Virus record (IMG/VR): IMGVR_UViG_3300032257_000479
Span: 1 to 64,000 of that record
Strand: one strand, 5' to 3'
DNA from: a virus
Length of the DNA stretch: 64,000 nucleotides
Shown here piece after piece: positions 31,760 to 41,900 of the stretch. The notes below the pieces were generated by a model that was given only the letters and a program-made list of their open reading frames with translations, was not told the DNA's origin and did no database searches. The position numbers were made by a program, and so were the translations under genes. Numbering within the stretch: position 1 is the stretch's first letter; each line of letters starts with the position of its first letter.

Positions 31760-32878
31760 TTAAAGTCTAACAGATCCTTGATTTATTACCAAAGATCCAT
31801 CGCTTATTGATATTTCTGCCGTCTCTGAAAGTAAACTCTTTTTCACGAAACCCATTTCTTCTCTATTAGAAAAATCCCTTCTGGATTGCCAAAGCAATCT
31901 ATCACCTTTGTATACTCTACCATCGGATCGTCCTGCGTAAACATTATTGCCATTACTGAAAATGCTTTTAAGGACAATGCTTGATGGGTCATCAAATCCA
32001 AACATGCATGTCGATTGATCCTTATTCTTCAGTGAGTTAAATGCAACAAACTCTGATCCGAAATTTATATGCCTAGCAACTGTCTCTGAGTCTCCCTCAT
32101 ATTCATTTGAAAAGTACAATTCGTCTATTATTCCAGAGTTATTTCTAACAAGACCACTAAAACCTGGAGCTGATTGATTCAATTGCAACGATATTGGCGT
32201 ATTATTATCTTTCGAGAAAAACAATGGAACCTGACTACCTTCCACGAATTCCGTTTCAACAGGCTTTCCATCGATGTAAATATTGAGAACTCTTGCTGCC
32301 CCAGAATAAGCAATATACATATGATGAAAATCTGATGTTTTATAAGGATTTTTTGTTTTAATTAATATCGACCCTTCCAATGAATCCATAAATACATAAA
32401 GCAAGTTTTGTTCGCTCTCTATACTCTCTTCAAATACACAAAATCCGGTTGAGGCCTCATAAATATTTGTAACTTCGTTCAGGGAAATATTTGAATAGTT
32501 CAGTAATGAAAGACGATAATAGTTTATGTCATTTGAATCTAATGATAAAACAGGTCTAAGCCAAGATGGTTTTAACCAAAATGATAATGAAAATTTCGTC
32601 TTTGACCTTAATGATATTCCAATATCGACTCCTGATCGAGGTCTCATTTTTAGACCGTTACCAGAAACGCCTTCGGAGAAAGATGGGTTTTCCGATCCAA
32701 CAACTGTATTCGATCTATTTGAGACTTCATCCAATATTGGCAACGATTCAAATTTTATAAAGGTTGGATAATTGGATAGAGCTTGAGTGTAAGTGTTTCT
32801 AACCTTTTGCTCTGATACAACAGTTCTTGATATATTTGATATCGAAGAAGTTGATACTCTGTTATTTAAGTTTGCCAT
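31760..32878 (-). CDS. LamG/concanavalin A-like domain protein, 372 aa
   Basis: GVSGNGL, FSLSFWLKP, FHHMYIAYSG...IYIDGK, GIIDELYF. Confidence 0.75.
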   Translation of the reverse strand: MANLNNRVSTSSISNISRTVVSEQKVRNTYTQALSNYPTFIKFESLPILDEVSNRSNTVVGSENPSFSEGVSGNGLKMRPRSGVDIGISLRSKTKFSLSFWLKPSWLRPVLSLDSNDINYYRLSLLNYSNISLNEVTNIYEASTGFCVFEESIESEQNLLYVFMDSLEGSILIKTKNPYKTSDFHHMYIAYSGAARVLNIYIDGKPVETEFVEGSQVPLFFSKDNNTPISLQLNQSAPGFSGLVRNNSGIIDELYFSNEYEGDSETVARHINFGSEFVAFNSLKNKDQSTCMFGFDDPSSIVLKSIFSNGNNVYAGRSDGRVYKGDRLLWQSRRDFSNREEMGFVKKSLLSETAEISISDGSLVINQGSVRL

Positions 32879-32882
32879 ATAA

Positions 32883-34415
32883 TTAAACCTTTAAAAATCC
32901 AAGAGTCAAAGCCATTCTGTTGTTTTCTCTTCCCTCATTGTCAGAATCTAACAATCTTTCAACCCATACATATATTACTTCTTTAGGTCCAAGAGTCTTT
33001 CCTGCTCGCTGAACCGAACCTCTGTCCCCATTTACATCTATTGAAACCCCTTCAAGGTATCCATTTGCGTTTTCAAAATCTGATATAAGATATGGAGCCC
33101 TTATGTCAGGTCCTGCGTTTGATTCCAAAATGGGAGAAACGATTCCATTTGATATTCTTTGCGAAGGAGCTGTGTCTACATAAAACTCATCTCCTGATTG
33201 AGCTTCAAATGGTAGCTCTTCATCAAAACTAAAAGTTCCTGTTGCGTTATCGTATGCCGTGACAACTCTAAATTGTCCAGCATTTTGTCCTGTAACAAAA
33301 ACAACTGGAGCTGTTACAAATAAATCGTCCTGAAATTCATTTAAAAATTCATCTGATTGAAATGATGATACGGTTCCGGATGTTACTGTCCCCTCTTGAT
33401 ATTCGCTTCTAGGGATTTCTATGGAGATTTTCCATTCTGATCTATTATTTCTACTGGGAATTTTGAAATATACCTCTGAGCTTCTTGCAGATTGAGCTTC
33501 TGAATCATTCCTAATTGCTATGCATCTATATTGAGATTGGTTTTCACTAAAGTTTGAAGTAAATATATCATTTTTTCTTAATCCTTTAACTATTGCTCCT
33601 TGAAAATGAACTCTCAATGGAGTATCAAAGGAGTTCCTTTGTGCAACAATCGCAGTTGACCCATTCCATGATTCTATTTCTATTATTTCGTCTTGTATTT
33701 GTATGTGGCTATAAGACGTTAAAGACTCATCACTCAATACTACTCTATTATCTGAAAAAGAAACAACCTCAGAAAGAGTTGAAGTTTCAAATACCTCAGT
33801 TAGGCTCAAGTAACCTCCAAGTGATTGATCAGGGTTAGATTGAGACATATTTGGCTCAACGCTTGTCAAGTAGTATTTTATATTTGTCTTAACGTCCTCT
33901 TGTCCAACAAAATTTATCTCATCTCCGCCAGAGAAGAAGTATGCCCATTGACCTGTTGCATTAAACGTTCCGCTATTCAACAGTGTTGATGCGGATGCCA
34001 GCGTATAGTTTCCTATCGGATGAGCAACAACTCCTGGAACATTTGTTATTCGATCTGATAATTCAATTAAAGAAAGACCCTCTATTAATGGTATCTCAAT
34101 CAAATTAACAATGATTCCAGCAGATGTCATGAACCACCCATAAAGAACATTCATGTTACCTGATCCTGACTGAATGCTAAAATACGCTTCAGTATAAGCT
34201 GCATATGGGTCATCATCAGAAAGAGCTATCCTAAGAGCTGCGTTAGCTGTATCAAACGAAGATGTTGGATCAAACGAGTCAAATGTTATAGCTATATCTG
34301 AAACATCAGGCACAACTTCGCCGGAGTTTGTGTCTATTATTGGCAAAATAGGTTGATCTGTGGGATCTACAGAACCAAAAGCTGGATTATTACCTCCAAT
34401 ATTAAATGAACTCAT
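32883..34415 (-). CDS. Putative tail/baseplate-associated structural protein, 510 aa
   Basis: SLGGYLS...NDIF...QYRCIAIRN...LGPKEVIYVWVER resembles a motif set seen in phage tail-region proteins; genomic position. Confidence 0.6.
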   Translation of the reverse strand: MSSFNIGGNNPAFGSVDPTDQPILPIIDTNSGEVVPDVSDIAITFDSFDPTSSFDTANAALRIALSDDDPYAAYTEAYFSIQSGSGNMNVLYGWFMTSAGIIVNLIEIPLIEGLSLIELSDRITNVPGVVAHPIGNYTLASASTLLNSGTFNATGQWAYFFSGGDEINFVGQEDVKTNIKYYLTSVEPNMSQSNPDQSLGGYLSLTEVFETSTLSEVVSFSDNRVVLSDESLTSYSHIQIQDEIIEIESWNGSTAIVAQRNSFDTPLRVHFQGAIVKGLRKNDIFTSNFSENQSQYRCIAIRNDSEAQSARSSEVYFKIPSRNNRSEWKISIEIPRSEYQEGTVTSGTVSSFQSDEFLNEFQDDLFVTAPVVFVTGQNAGQFRVVTAYDNATGTFSFDEELPFEAQSGDEFYVDTAPSQRISNGIVSPILESNAGPDIRAPYLISDFENANGYLEGVSIDVNGDRGSVQRAGKTLGPKEVIYVWVERLLDSDNEGRENNRMALTLGFLKV

Positions 34416-35896
34416 GTTATGTTAACCTCTGTAAAAGATGCATTATCATATACTGTAATATTCGTCTTATTACGCAATACAATATAGAGCAAAGCGTCAT
34501 CCGAGTAAAGATTAACAATAGACGAGTCGAAAGTTCCAACTAGATTAACGGATGCCTCATCATATCTGTAAAGCTCTCCATTAATTGTTCCAAAGTATAG
34601 ATTGTTATTATAGTTCTCCATACTTATAACTTCTGAGCCTTGATCATCAAGCTCTATTGCGACAGATGCCCCAAGCCCTGAATTTCTATATATCAACGCC
34701 CTACTATCTTCTGTTGTAACTGCGACATAAACTGTTTCCGTTAAAATAGCAATTGCGTTTATCTCTTCAGGAGTCCTCATTACAATGGATGACCCTGAGT
34801 TGTCTAGCTTATATAGTGCAGGTTCTGATTCATTTACAGCGATCCAAACTACATCTCCTGTTGCTGTTTTTTGATTTATCACATCAGATATTCTAGAGTT
34901 ATCTCTCTCGAATCCAACCCTAAATGGTGTCTGTATTTCAGATGTCCTATTCGCTCCAAAATCTTGAAACAGGACTTTTATAACTTTTATCCCATCGGAT
35001 TCTTCCAAGGTATAATATTTTATCTCCGCGAATGAATCTGCTGGACGTTCAATGTCTTCGCCAACAGTTATTGTATTCCCATCTATCAAATCTGTTCTCT
35101 CAATAACTCTCATGGCATGAACGCCTGTCGTTTCATCAAAAGCAAAAAGATTTATTGTAACATCTTGTTCTCTGGTAAATTGATCAGCATTATTTATTTG
35201 AACAAATCCGGTTGGAGGCTTTGTATCTATTAAGAAAAACCCCTCATTGAATATTGATACATCTTTTATGTTAGTCTCTTGTGATTTATTTCCGTCATCA
35301 TCCGCCAAATAAGTTGTTATAACATAATCATCAGATGGAGGTAATGTTGAAGTATCCCAAATGATAGGCCCAGTTCCTGGCGGAATACCTTGAGCTATCG
35401 GCGTATATGGAATATCAGATTTATTAGATTGGAAATAAATATAGTATCTAGCCTTTTGACCAAAATTGTTCAATATTGCAGAATCATCAAATATAATTTC
35501 TACGCTACTACCATGACGGCTATTCGGAAAAGGTGAAACAATGGCAGGGGCCGGAGGAGCCTCTCTTCTCACAGAGAACAAGTCCGCAGAAATCGAATAA
35601 TCGCTTCGCTCACCTCTAACGTTAACAGATCTTATTGCAACCTTGCATTTATTGCTCTTTACCGTATTGCCTATTTTCCAATTATAGTTATTGTTACCCG
35701 AAGGCAATACTGCTATCTTTTTCCAATCCGGTTCATCAAATGCGTCATAAAATTCGCTATAAAAAACTTCATACCAAACCTGAGTTAAATCATTAGAAAG
35801 CAAAGATGGCTCTTCCCATTCTATTTTAATAACTCTGCCAATGATGTTTTCACTGCCATTCGGGAATAATAATGTTGGACGATTTGGTCTAGCCAT
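34412..35896 (-). CDS. Virion-type protein, 494 aa: FN3/Ig-like domains and C-terminal propeller-like repeats
   Basis: PNRPTLLFPNG, VAIRSVNVRGERSDY, DTKPPTG...QDFGANRT, LYFGTINGELYRYD; ATGA overlap with the next gene. Confidence 0.75.
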   Translation of the reverse strand: MARPNRPTLLFPNGSENIIGRVIKIEWEEPSLLSNDLTQVWYEVFYSEFYDAFDEPDWKKIAVLPSGNNNYNWKIGNTVKSNKCKVAIRSVNVRGERSDYSISADLFSVRREAPPAPAIVSPFPNSRHGSSVEIIFDDSAILNNFGQKARYYIYFQSNKSDIPYTPIAQGIPPGTGPIIWDTSTLPPSDDYVITTYLADDDGNKSQETNIKDVSIFNEGFFLIDTKPPTGFVQINNADQFTREQDVTINLFAFDETTGVHAMRVIERTDLIDGNTITVGEDIERPADSFAEIKYYTLEESDGIKVIKVLFQDFGANRTSEIQTPFRVGFERDNSRISDVINQKTATGDVVWIAVNESEPALYKLDNSGSSIVMRTPEEINAIAILTETVYVAVTTEDSRALIYRNSGLGASVAIELDDQGSEVISMENYNNNLYFGTINGELYRYDEASVNLVGTFDSSIVNLYSDDALLYIVLRNKTNITVYDNASFTEVNIT

Positions 35897-35910
35897 TGAT
35901 TACCTTCTTC

Positions 35911-38900
35911 TTAAGAGTTGTCGAGAGGGCCATCTCCGCCGCCTGCCCATTGATTATTTCCACCAGTTTCCCCTATGTCCTCTTTTCCTCTGCTGTCAAT
36001 TCCAAATCTATTCTTCTTATAATATGAAGGGTCTCCAAATGATCCTCTTATATCATCGTCTGAATAGTTATCAATAAAGACATCAAGATTATTTAAAATC
36101 GATATATTTTGATCTAAGTTTTGAGGAGAAAGAAGTTTTAACAACCTTGCATTTTGGTCTTCAAATGATATTGGGCTACATTGTCCTGGTATGTTTATCA
36201 AAATTACCCCAAGGCCATCAACATTTAATACTGAATCATCCTCTTCTACAGTAAATGATCCAGAATAAACTCCATTAGATTGCTTTGTTAAGCTCAATCC
36301 TATCTGATCATTAAGTCCCTGCTGGTAAACGCTAAAGCTAATTTCTCCAAAAGAGCTGAACCTATCTAGGCTTCTCATTCTTTCTAACAATTCTAATTTT
36401 TGAACATCTTCAAACTTTATTCTAACATATATTGTATTCGATGTTTCTGATGAAACTTCCTCTCCAATTGATCTCAGCTCTTCTTCGGTTATCTCTGTTG
36501 TCGTTTCTTTTGTGCTAAGTATTGGGTAATTGTTATAACTAGGAACCTTACTCTCAAATGATTCATCAAAAAAGAAATCTATTTCATACTTGATCTCTTT
36601 GTATATCGATTGAAAATCAACGCAGAATCTCTCTGTCTTTCCAAAATATGTTAAAACTTCACAGCAAATTCTTTTTGTCCCATTTCCAGAAGATGCTATC
36701 CAAGGAGCAATGAATCTGTCTTTTCCAATAAAATAACCTCTAAAGAAATCTCGCTCATCAGATGCTCCATCTGAATCTTCGGCTTGAACAGGAAGATCAG
36801 GACCAATCGGCATCCACTCTGAGAATGAATCATCGTCCTCGTTTTTCAATCTATAAGCATAAGTTCCAGGAACGCCAATTATATCTAGTTCAATAAAACA
36901 ATCGTTTATTATTGAAATCGGAGTATCGATGTCTAAATATGTTGAGTAAACAACATACTCATCTCTTATTCTTATCTTTTGATATTGCTCAATGTCTCTT
37001 TCCGGCCCTGTTGAAACAAAGTAAAAAGAATCATCTGTGCCATCAGTAAACATGCATGGAGATATCATTTCTGGATCAAATGGTTCATACGCGCAACCAA
37101 CGCTGCATCCTTGATGATAAACTTTTGATCCATCATGAAACGCTATATTAATATTTTGGAAAGGGTCAACAAAGAGTGATGAATCAAAGAGAGTTAAACT
37201 ACCGTTGGTTTCATCTTCGTAGTAAGTCATTCTTCTGTCGTAGCTACCTTGAGCTGATGAATAAAACTTGTCTTCATTTGCATTATATACACCAAAGAAG
37301 TAGTCAGGAGAAATAACAGGTTGATCTGAAGATAGCCTTGAGAAGCGATAATCTTCCCAAGATACATAAAACAAATCATTGCTTGAAGAGACAACATTTG
37401 CATTTATTGCCTCCCTATCTGTTTGAGTAATTCTAAAATCATCAAAACCTTGTCCGCTACACAACCAGTTTATTGAATCTTTATCTTCTCTCCATATATT
37501 TGCATCTGTTCCAAAACAAGGGCATAAGAATGAACCATCTTTTACATGATTAAATGCACCCTCAAAGAATCTTTCTATTGTGTAAAAATAATTAACACCG
37601 CAAAGCAACGGTTTATTGAAAACAGGTATCGAATTTTCGTTCGATGGACTTATTGAGAAAGAGTTCAAATAAGACTTATCTGCATCCGAATAAAAATCAG
37701 CAGAAACCCTAATTGTTTCTATGTCCTTTATAACAGAGCGCATAGTAGTCTCTGTTGAGGCAACAAATCCGCCTCCGCCTGCTGGCTCATGAGTCCAAGA
37801 AGTATTTGACTGCAATGGTACGCTAAACGGAGAATACAAAGGCCCCCTGTCTGGTCTACTAGATCCTGTGTACCTTAAAGTTCCGCCGTTTGAAGATTCT
37901 ATTTCTATGATAAGATTCTGAGATCCCAATGACGGACTAAAATCTTGATCAAGTCTCATTGAGAGATCAATTCTTCCGCCATACAAAGTTTCTATGTCGC
38001 CAGAGAATCTCGGAGAAGCAACATACCAAGCGTCTCCTGGCAAAGCGTCCTCATGAAACAATGAACCATTACTGTTATCGTTTAACCATAAAGCTGAACT
38101 TGTTCCTGATGATGTTTGTATTGACCAATTATCACTACCAAAAGTGAAATGGCTTGATATTGTTCTATTCTCAACCTCTCCCCCTTGATCATCAAATTTC
38201 TCAAAAGGTAAAACCTCTGGATCAAAAGCGATACTAATTGTTTCTCCTGAAACAACATCAACGCCACTTGCTGGATATCCTGACGGCCCGAATATCCAAT
38301 TGTCAACATCAAATAATGAGAACGAAGAAAATACAGCCGAGTTCATTTCGCTATCAGCAAAAAATGTTACTCTGAAATGCATTTTTTCTTGATCCACTTG
38401 AGTGTCATTGTAATAATCTGTTTCAACAGCACACCTTTTTGATTGCTCAAATGGGCAATGATAGACAGCATCAATTAATCCGCTCGTATCTGAATCTTCA
38501 GGCAACGTCTCAACAACAACTCTCATTGAATCTATATTAAATCGTGCGGTTGCAAATGTTCCAGATATTGTTCTCCTGTCTTCTGATATTACGATTGAAT
38601 CATCTGGAGATGTAGCTGTTCCCCTGGAGTTGTTTTGAGAATAAACCACATCTCTTCTTCCTAGAGTTAAATTTGTTTCATCCAAAGTTGTTGGAGCAAC
38701 ATATATTGCTACTATTGGGCCTTCAAATGTTATTGAAAAATCTTTTTGAGTTGGTTCTTCAGATCCGATTTTATCATATTGAATGTAATATGATGCAACT
38801 ATATCATCTTTATCAAAACCCTGCAAGATCCCATTTCCACCAATAATTATACTAGAAGGAGATGAGAATCCATCTGACTGATCATCACTTACTGTCTCGA

Positions 38901-41900
38901 ATATATCTGATACATTTTCAGGCGATTGATTGAATCCTGCTTTTTTTAGTGATTCTTTAAAAAAGATGACATTATCAAATTCAAAATCTCCTACTTCTAT
39001 ACTTGCCCCAAATGCCGGATCTTCTTGAGTAGCATCCACATAAGAAGTTGGATCACCATCATTTGATCCAACGCTTTCGTATTTAATATCAACATAATAA
39101 ATAGAATCCCCAAGACCGTCATCATCGGATACTGTATAAGTAACAGGAACCGATACGCTAGATAAGGCAAAAGCTCCCAATGCTGTCATCTGATTTCCGT
39201 CTATCTTCCATCCAAGAATACTGTTTCTTGAATCAATGCTTTTTATCAAACTTGTTCTTTCTCTATCTGAGTAAAAATCTAATACAAAATAGTATGTACC
39301 TGATATCTCTGGCTCAAAACTAAATTCAATACCGCAGCTCAATGTATCAAGAATAATAGCATAAGGATCATACGGATCGACATTTTCTTCAGCCTGATAG
39401 ATAAATTCATTTGCTTCATCAATTCCGCATTGGTCAATATACATAGGATCGTCTAGCTTGTTTAAAGCAGAGAATACTTGGTAATATCTACCCTTTCTGT
39501 TATCATGCCAAGCTATCAACCTTCTGCCTTTTTTATCCGCGGAAATAGATGGCTCAATACTTGTGCTCTCAGAATCAGTTATTCTTGTCTCAAATCTAAA
39601 CGGAATAGACCTATCTCTCATTCCTGAATAATAAATATCCCAATAATCGTTTCTATTTGACTGCCAAGCAACATGAGCCTTATCGAGAAGGTCTATTGAT
39701 ATGTCAGGATTTCTGTTTTGGCTTGATGTTGAAATAGTAATAGGCAATTTGCTCATATCGCCAAAGGTGGATAATGAATAATTTAAACTATATTCTTCAA
39801 AAGATAATAACAATTCGTTTTTTGCAGATTGAGAAAAAAGTTCATTTGGAAGCAATGACGATCTGTAAACTTTTACAGAGTCAATAATTGGACCATAATC
39901 TGAAAACGGGGACTCAGAGTCACTTACATTTTCAAGTCTCAATGTTGTTGTTGTTCCTACTGCCGTAAATTCAACAGTATGGATTATCCAGTTCGGATCA
40001 ATATCATTCTCAATATTGGTTATTGAAAAAGTTTTACTGAAAGCCGCAGAAGATGCAAGAACCTTCCTTGTTACTTCGCCAAATTCCGCTGAAGCATTAG
40101 GATTACTAGAAAGAGCAAAAGACAATATATAATCTTCGCCTATGACAGTTGTTATATCTTGTTCTATATAACCAAGGCTTGAGTCATTTAAGCCAGTTAA
40201 TGCGACAGAATAGTCTCCGGTAAGAGAAACTACCCCCAATTCTAATGATGGAGCATAGTTCACCTCAACTTGATTTCCTACTGTCCAAGAAGAAAGAGAT
40301 AAATCGCCTGTAGACAATTGAACAACAGACTGTTCCGGTAATGTATTTGATTCAAAATCGCCATTAATTAAAATGTCACTGATGTTTTCAGTAACAACCA
40401 TCTGCCTAGTGCTTCTGTCGTGACTTGAAAGGTTTATGTAAGCGCTATTAGGCTGTATTGAATGAGGACCAACTGATATGTTTTCATACTTTATTAATAA
40501 AGACAGATCATCGTATTCATTTCCATTAAACGGAAGCTGCTCTTGAGTAACAAAACTATTTCCGTCAGGATATCCCAATCCAATATCAAACGCTCTGTAT
40601 TGATCAGAAAAGTCTGCAACAAAACTTTCTCCTAATTTTACCTCATTGTCTACCGTTACAATTATGTCTCCGTAAAATCTTGAGTTTTGTTCAGAAATAT
40701 AAGGGTTCGAGCGAATTCTTCCATCAATGAAATCTTGGTTAGCTTTACTGTAATGCACTGCAATTTTAACATTTTTGATTTCATCAAAATCTATTGCATC
40801 ACCGAATTGTCTGAGTAAATGATATTTCTTGTTCGCAGCATCGCCTGTTGACTCATCTTCCGATGTTGCCAGTATCAATGCCATTTTATAACGACCAGTA
40901 TACACTATCTCTTCTATTTGCGGAATATATGTTGAAGATGAATCAATCTCTAATTCATTTCTATCCAAGTATCCAAATAACGGATCAATATTCGACGCTT
41001 TAAACCTAACCTTTTCTGGCATAAGGGCAACCATAAAGTGATTAACGTTTGTTCCAGCATTAGAAACAACAGATTGTTCGTCTGACACAACGTATTCGTC
41101 TGCCCCCAAGTGTTCAACATTTCTTGCGTCTGATCCGCCAGAAATTGATGAGGAAGAAAAATCTCCAAACTTATAAGAGCCTGCTATTGGAATTATCTTA
41201 TCAAAGACCGCATCGTATTTATCTAATGTGAATATGTTCCCATCTTTTGAATACTGATCATTAACGGATTTGCTAAATTGAGATTTAAAGTCAGTAAACT
41301 GCCTGTCAATATCGCTATCAAGCAATTTTGGAAAAGGAGATCCCCCAATAGATGATGCTGTAATGTTAAACGCTAATTGATAGCTTAACTGAGAAAACAG
41401 TCCATCAAAATCTCTTCCATCTTGATCAGAATCCAATCTAAAGACAGCCATAGCTGAATCTGCGCTTGGATTGCCATCTATTCCAACTGTTCCTGTCCCA
41501 TTTACTGAAACTGATCCGCCGTTGCTCAAAAATCTTGTCCAACCAGTCTGCAAAGAAAGCGGATTAGATATAGATATAAGAGACAGATTAAAGTCATCTT
41601 GAATCCTTTCTTTCTCTAAAGCAGAAACAAGCATTTGGTTTGAAATAACTCTTGAGCCAGGACCTAAAACGCTGCAATAAATTTGAGAAGGTCCGCCATT
41701 CCTGTCAGACTCCCAAACAATATGCAAGTTCCCCATATTGTCACATTCTGCTTTTGCGTTTTTATTTTCTCCCTCAAATGTTATTTGAGTCCAATCTAAA
41801 TCACTGTCTATCTCATCGCCAACTGATATTCCATAATAGAATAATTGATAAACGCCATTTACAGGAGCTTGACACACAACATAGCAATAAGATGTTCCGT

